From positions 32,001 through 96,000 of the forward strand of contig CAVXYC010000017.1 in the NCBI GenBank assembly GCA_963765765.1: a DNA stretch of 64,000 nucleotides. Direction: 5' to 3'. The position numbers and the translations under genes were made by a program. The notes beneath the pieces were generated by a model. That model was not told the DNA's origin. It made no database searches and saw nothing but the letters and a program-made list of their open reading frames with translations. Positions 19,625-29,760 of this stretch are shown piece by piece. The DNA is from an uncultured Chloroflexia bacterium. GTDB taxonomy: Bacteria; Chloroflexota; UBA6077; JACCZL01. The stretch's first letter is position 1; each line of letters starts with the position of its first letter.

Positions 19625-20769
19625 CTATGAGTAACCTCGACTATTTCCGAAGGTGGCGGGAGTGGCTCTGTCTGAATTGGCGCAGACTCGACGCTTTCTT
19701 CCACGACTCCGTGCCGCGTCGCCTGATTCGCTCGGTAGAACGTAATCATGGCGGAGACGACGGCGACAATTGGCACACCGAACAGCGCACCCCAGACCCC
19801 AGCGAGCCGAGCTCCCGCAAGTACAACGAAAAAAACGATCAAAGGGTGAAGGCCAACCGACTGGCTCATGACTCTTGGTGCGATCAAGTTGAAGACCACT
19901 TGCTGCAGCCCGAGCGATACGACGAAAACGAATGCGGCAGCGTCCGGTCGAGCCAGGAGTGTGATGGCCATCGGCACGGCGATAGCAAGGAACGGACCCA
20001 GAAATGGAATGAGCATGAGTAAGCCGGCGAGCACGCTCGAAAGGAGACCGTATGGAAGATCGGCAATGCGCATGATCGCGCCGGTGCCGAATGCATAGAC
20101 CAGAGCCAACAAGACTTGACCACGCAGAAATCCCGCGAATGCACGATTCACGCTATCGAAGAAGTAGTGGCCGTCATCGCGGAAGCGCGCTGGGAGTGCC
20201 GCGACGATGAATGAAGTGAATCGGCTTCCGTCCACTGCGAAGTAAAACGAGAGCATCACCACCAGGACGGTTTGAAAAAGCAGATTGGCGATGCCAGTAG
20301 CCAAACTCAAAGCATTCGCCAGTAACGGTGGTCCCGCGGCTTCCGCGCGGCGAACGATTTCATCGGGTTGGACCATGGAGGTCAGATTCAGGTGAATGCC
20401 CTGCTCTTCCAGCGTCAAAAGCAAATTAAGGACGTAGCGATTGAGCTGGTCCGCGTATCCAGGAAGATTTGTCGAGATCTGCACAACCTGGGCGGTGAGT
20501 GGCGGGACGAGAAGCAGCCCGCCGAAGACCAACAGCAGGAGCAGCCCCAGATACGTCAGTGCGATGGCCGCTGGTCGCGGCAGGTGAGCTCGCTCATGGA
20601 GGGGCCCTGCCGTAGGCTCAATAATGAACGCGAGCATCCACGCGAGGAAGAAGAGCAAAATAATGTCCGCGAACTCGGCAGCAACCTGCCACAGCATTCC
20701 CACGAGATACAGCGTGGCAATTGCAAGCGTGACAATAACTAGCGCGTGGACCCACGGGTCTCTAGACAT
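19621..20769 (-). CDS. AI-2E (PerM) family membrane transporter
   Basis: Multi-TM; FLRGQ, LIPFLGP, PRVMSQSVGLHP, GALFGVP. Start is uncertain (ATG 20769). Confidence 0.9.
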   Translation of the reverse strand: MSRDPWVHALVIVTLAIATLYLVGMLWQVAAEFADIILLFFLAWMLAFIIEPTAGPLHERAHLPRPAAIALTYLGLLLLLVFGGLLLVPPLTAQVVQISTNLPGYADQLNRYVLNLLLTLEEQGIHLNLTSMVQPDEIVRRAEAAGPPLLANALSLATGIANLLFQTVLVVMLSFYFAVDGSRFTSFIVAALPARFRDDGHYFFDSVNRAFAGFLRGQVLLALVYAFGTGAIMRIADLPYGLLSSVLAGLLMLIPFLGPFLAIAVPMAITLLARPDAAAFVFVVSLGLQQVVFNLIAPRVMSQSVGLHPLIVFFVVLAGARLAGVWGALFGVPIVAVVSAMITFYRANQATRHGVVEESVESAPIQTEPLPPPSEIVEVTHR

Positions 20770-20877
20770 TCGGGGGAGTACGGGCTCCGTCTCTACTCGA
20801 GATGCGCGTGCGGAGGGTGTGTGACGAATTCTATCCCCCACTTCGGAGCGGCACCAGGCGACACGCCGTTTGCCGCG

Positions 20878-21540
20878 ATGAGCGGTCGAGACCGTGTTCT
20901 GACGGCGATTCGGGAAACCGGCCTCTGTCTCGTTACCGATGACCGTCTGGACATTGAGAGTCTCCTGATGGCCACGCGTCAGGCGATCGAGGGCGGCGTG
21001 CGTCTCGTCCAGTATCGTGACAAGTCATCGATGCGCCGGCAGTTCCTGAATCAAGCATCACGCCTTCAGGAGCTGTGCGCTGAGCATGACGTGGCTTTTG
21101 TGGTGAACGATCACACCGACGTCGCCGCAATCATTCGGGCGGACGGTTTGCACCTAGGCCAGGACGATCTACCAGTGTCATTGGCGAGACGGCTCGTGGG
21201 CGAGGAAACTGCTATTGGGCTCTCAATTTCGTATGTGCACGAGGCAGAAGAGGCAGCGCGAGACGCTATCGTCGACTACATTGGTTGCGGAGCTGTCTTC
21301 ACAACGGCAACGAAACCGAACGCGGAATTTGGCGGGCCAGAGCTATTGCAAGCGGTGAGAAGAGTTCTGAACGTTCCAATACTTGGGATTGGCGGTATCA
21401 CAGCTGAGAATCTTCACATCCCGCTACAAGCCGGTGCTGATGGCGTGGCTCTGGTGAGTGCGGTGTACGTGGGCGCGGACCCACGAGCAGCGGCCTCGTT
21501 CATTCTCAAGAGGATTGAGGCTGCCCGCATGGCGGGTTAG
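20878..21540 (+). CDS. thiE: Thiamine-phosphate synthase
   Basis: LVQYRDK, VVNDH, DGLHLGQDD, FTTATK, GIGGIT. Alternative GTG start at 20821. Confidence 0.93.
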   Translation: MSGRDRVLTAIRETGLCLVTDDRLDIESLLMATRQAIEGGVRLVQYRDKSSMRRQFLNQASRLQELCAEHDVAFVVNDHTDVAAIIRADGLHLGQDDLPVSLARRLVGEETAIGLSISYVHEAEEAARDAIVDYIGCGAVFTTATKPNAEFGGPELLQAVRRVLNVPILGIGGITAENLHIPLQAGADGVALVSAVYVGADPRAAASFILKRIEAARMAG

Positions 21541-22058
21541 CGAGTCCCGGGGCGACAATTTTTAGGCATAAAGGGTATCATGTCCCAGAAAGCCGAACCG
21601 GACCGAGCGGCGAGCGTCGGACTAATGACGTGCGCCGTGCTCTGTGAGATGATCGCCCCCCGGCATGTGCGTGGAAGACGGCCCTAGGATTCAGGGCTGG
21701 AGCTTCCGAGAACGATGCTCGGGGAATTGCTCAGGGAGAAGATCCTGTCTGGCTTCTTTCTTGCCGTCGGGAATCCGCGCTCGGGCAGGTCATCGATTCG
21801 CGAAACGATTATTCAGGGCGGCGGTTGGTAATTCGAATCAGAGTTAAAAAGTAGTGGCCGTATTCATTACGAGACTGGTCGTTTTCGGTCAGGGGCATCG
21901 CGGGATAGGCGTCACATAAGTAGATAACGAATAAGTCTGCTGTGGCGCTCGTTTGAGTGCCGCGCTTCAAGCGCCAGGCGAGGCGGTGTGCCTGGCTGGT
22001 TCCAATGGTATTCGAGAGCCCAACATGGGCCAGTGAGAGACGCGAGGAGTAGGGGTCG

Positions 22059-24167
22059 ATGGATCTAATGTGGTTGGTGCCCACCTCGGGCTTGATCGCG
22101 GTGCTGTTCGCCGGGTATCTGGCGCGCGACGTGTTGGGTCGCGACAAAGGCACCCCTGAGATGCAGGACGTGGCTGCCCGCATCTATGAGGGCGCCATGG
22201 CTTTCCTCAATCGGCAGTACCGATCCATTGCAATATTCGCGGTCATCGCCGCGATTGGCGTCGGCCTGTTATTGGGTTTCATCGAGGGAACTACTGAGAC
22301 TGCATTCCGCACGGGTTTCGCTTTCCTTGTCGGAGCGGCATGTAGCGCCCTCGCGGGCTTCATTGGCATGTACATCGCCGTAAACGCGAATTTGCGCACG
22401 GCGGCAGCCGCACAGCACAGTCTTACTGAAGCCATCAAGGTTTCCATGCGCGGCGGCGCAGTCTCCGGCTTCCTGGTGGTGGCTCTCAGCCTCCTCGGTG
22501 TCTATGGGATTTTCCTTTTATTCGGCGGAGCAACGAATCCGGGTCAAGCGCCGTTCCTGATTGTGGGCTTCGGCTTCGGTGCTAGTTTCGTTGCACTGTT
22601 TGCCCAGCTTGGCGGTGGTATCTACACCAAAGCCGCCGACGTGGGTGCTGACCTGGTCGGAAAGGTTGAGGCGGGTATTCCCGAGGACGACGCTCGCAAC
22701 GCCGCTGTGATCGCTGACCTGGTTGGTGACAACGTCGGAGACTGCGCGGGTCGCGGTGCTGACCTCTTCGAATCAACTGCCGCGGAAAACATCGGCGCCA
22801 TGATTCTCGGTGTCGCGATCTTTGCGGTTAGCCAGAACCCCGCCTGGGTTCTGTTCCCGCTGGTCGTCCGTTCCGTTGGACTCCTGGCGTCGATCGCTGG
22901 TGTCATGATGGTCGGCGCCACCGAGGTCAGGAACCCGATGCGCGCGCTGGACATGGGCTACTGGGTTCTGACCGGTCTATGCGCCATTGGAATCACCGTC
23001 GTTACGATGATCATGCTGAATAGCTGGTGGCTTGTCGCGGCAGGTCTCATTGGGTTGGCGACTTCCGTTGCGTTCGTGTACATCACCCAGTACTACACCG
23101 CTGGTAGCTGGCGACCCGTGCAGGAGATTGCTCGATCGGCGAAGACTGGACCTGCAACGGTGATCATCTCCGGTGTGGCCGTCGGGTTTGAATCGACCGC
23201 CGTCACGGCTATCGTCATTTCGCTTGCTCTAGCCGGCTCGTACTTCTGCGGCGCACAGGTCATCTTGAATGGAGCGCCGCTGCCACACGGCGGCCTCTTC
23301 GGTACGGCCGCGGCAACCATGGGGATGCTCACGACCGTCGCGTACATCCTGGCGATGGATACGTTTGGACCCATCACAGACAACGCGGGTGGTATCGCGG
23401 AGATGTCGGGTGCTCCCGAGCACACTCGAGAGATCACCGACGAGCTGGACGCCGTCGGAAACACGACAAAGGCACTCACAAAGGGATACGCCGTTGCCTC
23501 GGCCGCCCTGGCAGCGTTCCTCCTCTTTAGCGCGTACCTTGATGAAGTCAGTCGTGTCCTCGCATCGCGAGGCCTTCCACCGTTCGCGGTTGTCGACCTC
23601 GCGAAGCTGGAGGTGTTCCTGGGCGGCTTCCTCGGAGCCATGCTCGTCTTCCTCTTTAGCGCCCTGGCGATCCGCGCCGTGGGCAAGGCGGCTGGCGACA
23701 TCATCGAAGAGGTTCGCCGCCAGTTCAAGGCGGACCCGGGCATCATGGCTGGAACGTCTCGACCAGACTATCGCCAGTGCGTGGACATCACCACGAAGGC
23801 GGCATTACGTGAGATGGTCCTTCCTGGGGCGTTAGCGATTGGTGTACCAGTCGCGATTGGATTGGTTCTCGGTCACGAAGCGGCAGCGGGGATGCTGATG
23901 GTTGGCACCATCACAGGAATCCTGTTGGCCACGGTGCTCAACAATAGCGGTGGCACCTGGGATAACGCGAAGAAGTTCATCGAATCTGGAAATCTGCGTG
24001 GTGAGAATAACGAGATCCTTGGCAAGCGTACTGATGCGCACGCCGCGGCCGTCGTTGGCGACACCGTTGGTGATCCGTTCAAGGACACTGCCGGTCCCTC
24101 GCTGCACGTGTTAATCAAGTTATTAGCTACAATCACGCTAGTGCTCGCACCGCTCTTCATTCGGTAG
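22059..24167 (+). CDS. hppA: Membrane H+-translocating pyrophosphatase, K+-independent type
   Basis: GGIYTKAADVGADLVGKVE, DNVGDCAG, GDTVGDPFKDT. The Lys in GNTTKA marks the K+-independent subfamily. Confidence 0.96.
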   Translation: MDLMWLVPTSGLIAVLFAGYLARDVLGRDKGTPEMQDVAARIYEGAMAFLNRQYRSIAIFAVIAAIGVGLLLGFIEGTTETAFRTGFAFLVGAACSALAGFIGMYIAVNANLRTAAAAQHSLTEAIKVSMRGGAVSGFLVVALSLLGVYGIFLLFGGATNPGQAPFLIVGFGFGASFVALFAQLGGGIYTKAADVGADLVGKVEAGIPEDDARNAAVIADLVGDNVGDCAGRGADLFESTAAENIGAMILGVAIFAVSQNPAWVLFPLVVRSVGLLASIAGVMMVGATEVRNPMRALDMGYWVLTGLCAIGITVVTMIMLNSWWLVAAGLIGLATSVAFVYITQYYTAGSWRPVQEIARSAKTGPATVIISGVAVGFESTAVTAIVISLALAGSYFCGAQVILNGAPLPHGGLFGTAAATMGMLTTVAYILAMDTFGPITDNAGGIAEMSGAPEHTREITDELDAVGNTTKALTKGYAVASAALAAFLLFSAYLDEVSRVLASRGLPPFAVVDLAKLEVFLGGFLGAMLVFLFSALAIRAVGKAAGDIIEEVRRQFKADPGIMAGTSRPDYRQCVDITTKAALREMVLPGALAIGVPVAIGLVLGHEAAAGMLMVGTITGILLATVLNNSGGTWDNAKKFIESGNLRGENNEILGKRTDAHAAAVVGDTVGDPFKDTAGPSLHVLIKLLATITLVLAPLFIR

Positions 24168-24197
24168 CGAGAGGAACGGAACGAGGAAGCACAGACA

Positions 24198-24569
24198 ATG
24201 GCGGAAGTCAATACACTCTTCGCCTCGGAGCGAGAGAATCCACTGCCCGAGTTTTCTGAAGGCGACACCGTGCGCGTGCACACCAAGGTCGTCGAGGGGA
24301 CTCGGGAACGAATCCAGGTGTTTGAGGGCGTCGTCATCGGAACGCATCGACCAGATGCCCCCGATGGCACCTTCACCGTTCGCCGAATTGCCAGTCATAG
24401 CATTGGCGTAGAGCGCACTTTCTTGAGCCGATCTCCGCGTGTGGACAAGCTCGAGGTTGTTCGTCGCGGTCGTGTTCGGCGTGCCAAGCTCTACTATCTC
24501 CGAGCACTCACGGGTAAGGCGGCGCGCATCAAAGAACGTCGGGACGCTCGACCCGTCAAGTCGAAATAG
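24198..24569 (+). CDS. rplS: 50S ribosomal protein L19
   Basis: [35 protein letters not shown]. Confidence 0.97.
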   Translation: MAEVNTLFASERENPLPEFSEGDTVRVHTKVVEGTRERIQVFEGVVIGTHRPDAPDGTFTVRRIASHSIGVERTFLSRSPRVDKLEVVRRGRVRRAKLYYLRALTGKAARIKERRDARPVKSK

Positions 24570-24612
24570 CAACGCGTCAGTTAACTGACGCCAGGTCACT
24601 CAGGCAGACGCT

Positions 24613-25317
24613 GTGACGGTCCGTGTTTCATCGAAAAACGGTACCGACGCAGCGTCTGTTTCGTCCAGGTCATCGAGCCCGAAGTCGGTGCGATATCCAT
24701 CGAGCGAAGTAGAGCGGCGGCTCACCCGTGAGGGCTACCGACTCGTTGCCGGGCTGGACGAAGCCGGTCGTGGATCCTGGGCCGGGCCGCTTGTTGCCGG
24801 GGCTGTGGTGCTGGCGGAGGGGCTGACCCGAAAACCGGTCTGGTGCCGCGGCGTATGCGATTCAAAGATGATTGGGCCCCAGGAGCGTGAACGCCTCGCG
24901 CTGGCTATTCGCGCTTCCGCTGTGGCCGTCGGAGTTGGAATAGTTTCTCCTGAGATCATCGACCTCATTGGGCTCACCGCCGCCGGCCACCTTGCCTTTC
25001 ATCGAGCGCTCCGTGGTTTGCAATTGGCTCCGGATTATGTGCTGGTAGATGCCTTCCGCATTCCGGGGTTGTCCGTACCGCAGCACGCAATCATCAGGGG
25101 TGACCAGCTCTGCGTGTCCATTTCCGCGGCGTCCATCATTGCGAAGACATATCGGGATCGGCTTATGCGTACCCTGGATTCCGATTACCCAGCGTATGGG
25201 CTGGCGGATCATAAGGGATATGGCACGGATCAACACCGCAGAGGCCTGGTGCAGGCTGGTGCGAGCCAGATACATCGACACAGCTGGCGGCCCGTTGTGC
25301 CGCACGTATTACTGTGA
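24613..25317 (+). CDS. rnhB: Ribonuclease HII
   Basis: GLDEAGRGSWAGP, DSK, SISAASIIAK, HKGYGT. Confidence 0.95.
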   Translation: MTVRVSSKNGTDAASVSSRSSSPKSVRYPSSEVERRLTREGYRLVAGLDEAGRGSWAGPLVAGAVVLAEGLTRKPVWCRGVCDSKMIGPQERERLALAIRASAVAVGVGIVSPEIIDLIGLTAAGHLAFHRALRGLQLAPDYVLVDAFRIPGLSVPQHAIIRGDQLCVSISAASIIAKTYRDRLMRTLDSDYPAYGLADHKGYGTDQHRRGLVQAGASQIHRHSWRPVVPHVLL

Positions 25318-25670
25318 AGGGCCGCTCGTTCGGTGATTTCGGAGAAGAGCTTGCCGTCGACTTTCTCGGGAAGCGCGGATATGAGATCGTTGCCCGAAAT
25401 CAGCGCTCACGATGGGGCGAGATCGATATCATCGCTCGCGAGGGAGAGGACCTTGTCTTCGTGGAAGTGAAGACACGCAAGGCCGGCGTATCTGTCACTC
25501 CCGAGCAGGCCATGACACGCGGCAAGCTTCACCGCGTCGAACAACTCGCAATGGCCTACCTGGATGAGCATGAGCTTCATGCCACCCCGTGGCGAGTTGA
25601 GGTTGTGAGCATCGAGACGGCTGCCGACGGTGCGCCATTGAGGGTTGAGCTCCATCAGGACCTCTCATGA
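25314..25670 (+). CDS. yraN: YraN family (UPF0102) nuclease-like protein
   Basis: GEIDIIA, VFVEVKTR; follows rnhB. Confidence 0.92.
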   Translation: MKGRSFGDFGEELAVDFLGKRGYEIVARNQRSRWGEIDIIAREGEDLVFVEVKTRKAGVSVTPEQAMTRGKLHRVEQLAMAYLDEHELHATPWRVEVVSIETAADGAPLRVELHQDLS

Positions 25671-26434
25671 CGGAGTCTTCTGAAAAATCCGACAACTCCG
25701 TAGAAACAGAACGGCTTCAGCGTTACCTGGCTCGCTCCGGCGTAGCTGCGAGACGGCAGGCTGAAGAGCTTATGCGCGAGGGCCGAGTCACTGTGAATGG
25801 GGAGCTGGCCCTGGAGCCTGGATACATGATCCGGCCGGGTGTTGACCGGGTCCAAGTGGATGGCAGCACCGTTCAGCCTCGCAAGGACCATCACTATCTC
25901 CTGTTAAACAAGCCGGTGGGTGTTGTCACTACAGTCAGCGATCCTCGCGGCCGCAAGACGGTTCTCGACCTTGTGCGCTCCCGTCGACGCCTTTATCCAG
26001 TGGGCCGCCTCGATGCCGATAGTGCGGGATTGTTGATTCTTACCGACGACGGCGACCTGGCACAGCGGCTTACTCACCCTCGTTACGGAATTCAGAAGAC
26101 CTACATCGTTGAAGTTCGCGGCGAGCTTATTGGTCAAAAGATTGACACGTTACGAAAGGGTGTCCGGCTTGATGACGGATTTGCGAAGCCGACGAGCGTT
26201 AAGCTCATCAAGCAGGAGCGCGTTGGTGGTGTGATCGAGATGACTCTTGGCGAGGGGCGAAACCGCGAAGTGCGTCGTATGTGCTCCGCCGTGAAGTTAA
26301 AAGTGACATCTCTCGTGCGAACGCGGCTTGGCCCTCTCAGCGTTCAAGGCCTTCGCCCCGGCGCCTGGCGTCCACTGACCGGTTCGGAAGTGAATGCGCT
26401 TTTCGAAGCGACGCAAGGAGCGGGCGGCTCATGA
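25667..26434 (+). CDS. rRNA pseudouridine synthase with S4 domain (RluB/RsuA family)
   Basis: RLQRYLA, LLNKPVG, YPVGRLDADSAGLL, EGRNREVRRM. Confidence 0.93.
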   Translation: MTESSEKSDNSVETERLQRYLARSGVAARRQAEELMREGRVTVNGELALEPGYMIRPGVDRVQVDGSTVQPRKDHHYLLLNKPVGVVTTVSDPRGRKTVLDLVRSRRRLYPVGRLDADSAGLLILTDDGDLAQRLTHPRYGIQKTYIVEVRGELIGQKIDTLRKGVRLDDGFAKPTSVKLIKQERVGGVIEMTLGEGRNREVRRMCSAVKLKVTSLVRTRLGPLSVQGLRPGAWRPLTGSEVNALFEATQGAGGS

Positions 26435-26468
26435 GCTCTGGGGTTCTTTTCCTGTTATCTCGCAGTCA

Positions 26469-26572
26469 GGCTCCCTCGCCCTTTGGGAGATGGCTGGGGT
26501 GAGGAGCGCGATGGGCGACATCCCCCACCTCGGAACCCTCACCCCAACCATCTCCCAAAGGGCGAGGGAGTC
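26469..26572. repeat. REP-like inverted doublet, copy 1
   Basis: GGCTCCCTCGCCCTTTGGGAGATGGCTGGGGTGAGG...CCCTCACCCCAACCATCTCCCAAAGGGCGAGGGAGTC; near-identical arms recur at 29651. Confidence 0.85.
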
Positions 26573-26610
26573 TGGGCCTGGGGCGCCCTTCGCCCAATGG
26601 AACGAATGCC

Positions 26611-27312
26611 ATGACCGCTGTGCCCGTCGTTGCCATCGACGGTCCCGCCGCGGCAGGCAAGACGGTGGTCGGTCGAGCCCTCGCGATGCACTTTGGCTGG
26701 AGCTTTTTCGACACCGGCGTTCTTTACCGTGCGCTCACCTGGAAGGCACTGCGCACTGCCGCTAATCTATCGGATGGTTCAGCGCTGGCCAGGCTTGCTG
26801 AATCGACGTCGATTGATGTGGTTCCCTCGGCGGATCCAGACGCCAGCCCTTACGATGTAGTGGTGGATGGGTTTGACGCAAGTGTTGCGATCCGCGAGCC
26901 AGAAGTCGACCGATCGGTCTCACAGGTGTCTGCCCATGCCGAAGTCCGCCAGGCACTCGTTCACGCACAGCGCTCACTACGTCGGCCGCCGGGCATCGTG
27001 ATGGCCGGACGCGATATTGGAACCGTCATATTTCCAGATGCTCTGGTGAAGATTTACCTGGATGCTTCTCCGGAAGTGCGAGCGCGGCGGCGCGCCCGGG
27101 AGCGCGGAATCGAGAGTGATGCCGCCGCGGAGGCGGAGCTTCGCGATGTCAAACTCCGAGACAGAACTGATCAATCGCGGGAGGCCGCACCGCTCCGGGC
27201 AGCGGAGGATGCGGAAGTGCTCGATACTGATCACCTTGATGTGACCGCGGTGCTGCAGCGGGCAATCGATCTCACCACCGACGCACTTACGCGCAACGGA
27301 GCGGAGCTCTAG
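26611..27312 (+). CDS. cmk: Cytidylate kinase
   Basis: AIDGPAAAGKT, DTGVLYRA, GRDIGTVIFPDA. Confidence 0.96.
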   Translation: MTAVPVVAIDGPAAAGKTVVGRALAMHFGWSFFDTGVLYRALTWKALRTAANLSDGSALARLAESTSIDVVPSADPDASPYDVVVDGFDASVAIREPEVDRSVSQVSAHAEVRQALVHAQRSLRRPPGIVMAGRDIGTVIFPDALVKIYLDASPEVRARRRARERGIESDAAAEAELRDVKLRDRTDQSREAAPLRAAEDAEVLDTDHLDVTAVLQRAIDLTTDALTRNGAEL

Positions 27313-27316
27313 TACC

Positions 27317-27976
27317 GTGCAAGAGCGCGGCTCATGGTTCTACGAAGTCTGTGGAGTTCTGACGCGCTTTCTCATCTGGCTCTTATCTCGATTCGAGATC
27401 TATGGTATTGAGCACGTACCTCGTACTGGACCGGTGATCTTCGCGGCTAATCATCTCAGTAACGCAGATCCGATCATTATTGCAGCCGTTCTTCCACGAG
27501 CATCGGTTTTTATGGCCAAAGAAGAGCTCCTGCGCATTCCCGGAATGGCTTCGATCACGAAGGCGTATGGTTCATTTACGGTTCGTCGTGGAACCGCGGA
27601 CCGCGAGGCAATACGTCGCGCTCTCGAGGTCTTGGGTGAGGGTCGTGCCCTGGGTCTGTTTCCCGAGGGAACTCGCAGCAAATCAGGCTCGCTCGGTGAG
27701 CCGTTCGCGGGGGTGGGGATGCTGGCCCTACGAACGGGGGCGACTATCGTGCCAATCGGGATTACTGGAACGGATGACGTTTCACCGCTGAAAGTGCTCT
27801 GGAGACGTCCCCGTGTTGTCTTGCGCATTGGCCCACCGATTCCGACAGCCGAGGTGACGGGAGGATTGAAAAACGTCGCACATGAGCGGACCGAACAGGT
27901 GATGAGCGCTATAGCCGCGTTACTCCCGGAGGAGCGCCGCGGCCGATACATCGCGACTGCCGATGCAGTCATCTAA
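27317..27976 (+). CDS. plsC: 1-acyl-sn-glycerol-3-phosphate acyltransferase
   Basis: NHLSNAD (HX4D), FMAKEEL, FPEGTRS. Confidence 0.93.
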   Translation: MQERGSWFYEVCGVLTRFLIWLLSRFEIYGIEHVPRTGPVIFAANHLSNADPIIIAAVLPRASVFMAKEELLRIPGMASITKAYGSFTVRRGTADREAIRRALEVLGEGRALGLFPEGTRSKSGSLGEPFAGVGMLALRTGATIVPIGITGTDDVSPLKVLWRRPRVVLRIGPPIPTAEVTGGLKNVAHERTEQVMSAIAALLPEERRGRYIATADAVI

Positions 27977-28983
27977 GCCTTCTAGCCCCCGGCTCACCGT
28001 CGGATCGAGGGAATCCGGTCAATCCCCCCACAAATTTGAGAACTTCGAGGCGGCACTACGGACGTCCGGTCGCGCTGAAAATGGCGTACTTGGAGCCCTG
28101 ACGGACGCACGGCAGTTTTCCGAATTCGCTGGCGAACGCTCGCTCGAGAGCTTCGAGCGCGACGACGTACTAGCCTTTCTACGCTGGCTTGAGAAGGAGC
28201 GGGGACAGAAGCCCAGCTCCCTGAAGCGCAAACTCGCGAGCGTCCGACTTCTATACGATTTTCTGCGACAACAGGGCCGCATTCAATCGAACCCTACTGA
28301 CGGAATCGCAATTAGCTCACCGTCGCAACAGAGACCGCTGCCTCTCACACCAGCCCAGTCGCGGAGGCTCGTCCGCACGGCCTCCTCCGATCGCCGTTGG
28401 CACGTTTTAGTGCTGCTCATGCTCACGGCGGGCTTGAAGCGGGACGAGGTGCTTCAACTGCGATGGGAGGATATTTCACGTGATCCGGACACGGGCGTCA
28501 CGCATATCACAATTCGCGGGAGAACAGACGATGCCGCGAACAGACGCACCCTTAGTTTGCCGACGGTCACGGCCGATGCGCTTCAGCAGTTCGCCGATAG
28601 CTTGCGGGGGCGGCAGCGCCAGTCCGACTCCGTGCTCGGCCTCAGCGCTAGGGGTTTGAGCTACGCCGTCGCGCAGTGTGCCGAGCGTGCTCGAGCTGGG
28701 GCACCTTGACGTGACGCCGCAGAGGCTACGGGATACGTTCGCGGTAGAGCTTTTAGCATCGCTCACGCGTCAGGAGCGGAGTCAGGCTGAGGGCATGTCT
28801 CGTCGCGGTCAGGCGGATGTTCGACGTGGGTTTGAGCAGGGGTTCTTACGAATACTCGGCGTCGGGCGAAACCGAGCCCTCGTCAACTACTACCGCGCCG
28901 CCCTCCAGGAGAGCGAAGATACGGATGGGACCGAAGGTATCTTCCTGCGTGATCGAGATTTCGCCTCGGCGGATGAGCTCTAG
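27963..28983 (+). CDS. XerC/D-like tyrosine-recombinase-fold protein with degenerate catalytic residues (indel near 28700)
   Basis: SAM-like N-domain (SLKRKLASVRLLYDFL...NP), LMLTAGLKRDEVLQLRWEDI, then VTPQRLRDTFA and ILGV...NYY in the next frame. Confidence 0.8.
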
Positions 28984-29649
28984 CACGGCTAAAAAGGTAG
29001 CGACCACTGAGTCCACTGTGTCGCCGGCGATCTCGCTCCAATTCACCTCGCCCCGCCGCTGAAGCATGGCGCGCAGATCGGATACGCGTGCTGCCACAGT
29101 AATGCGAACGCGCACGGGCTCTTGACGCTCGGAGGGCATCTCCGCCGGCCGCCGATCGAGCAATCGTCGTAGTGCGCGCTCGAGCTCGTCTACGGTTGGT
29201 GGTGCCAGCGGGGCAGCTACTGCTTGACCCACGTCGTGCAATCCTCGCGGGAACGACGGTTGCTGGGAGCGCTGCTCCAGCCACTCTACGGCGCGACGGA
29301 TGATGCGGAATTGTTCTAGAGCACGAACCAGGTCCTCGGTGCTCTCGGCCTCATCGGCGGCAGTCACGTTTTCGCGCGGGAGCAGCATGCGCGACTTGAG
29401 CAACAAGAGTCGTCCGCCAATACTGACGAACCGCGCTAGAAGATCGCGATCCGGCTCAGCGAGCGTGGCCAGGTAGCCGAGATACTGGTCGGCTACCTGC
29501 GCGAGACTGATTTCCGTAATCGGTAAGCGTCGAGCCTCCACCAACGACAACAACAGATCCAGAGGGCCGCTGAATCGAGGGAGGTCGAGTACTGGGCCGA
29601 CGGTCGCGGCATTAGCTGGTTCCGTGCCGTCGATCATGACAGTCTCCAC
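28846..29649 (-). CDS. scpA: Segregation and condensation protein A
   Basis: FSGPLDLLLSL, VADQYL, LLKSRMLLP, TFLAVLEL, QEDTFGPI. Confidence 0.93.
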   Translation of the reverse strand: METVMIDGTEPANAATVGPVLDLPRFSGPLDLLLSLVEARRLPITEISLAQVADQYLGYLATLAEPDRDLLARFVSIGGRLLLLKSRMLLPRENVTAADEAESTEDLVRALEQFRIIRRAVEWLEQRSQQPSFPRGLHDVGQAVAAPLAPPTVDELERALRRLLDRRPAEMPSERQEPVRVRITVAARVSDLRAMLQRRGEVNWSEIAGDTVDSVVATFLAVLELIRRGEISITQEDTFGPIRIFALLEGGAVVVDEGSVSPDAEYS

Positions 29650-29650
29650 G

Positions 29651-29737
29651 GGCTCCCTCGCCCTTTGGGAGAGGGTGGGGGTGAGGGGCTTGCGATGGCG
29701 GATATCGGTCCACCCTCTCCCAAAGGGCGAGGGAGCC
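29651..29737. repeat. REP-like inverted doublet, copy 2
   Basis: GGCTCCCTCGCCCTTTGGGAGAGGGTGG...CCACCCTCTCCCAAAGGGCGAGGGAGCC. Confidence 0.85.
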
Positions 29738-29760
29738 TCATCCGGGGCCTTCTCCGCGGC

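Noticed and set aside
20770-20880. TPP riboswitch upstream of thiE
   Set aside because: No CTGAGA...ACCTGA core, and very little intergenic space.
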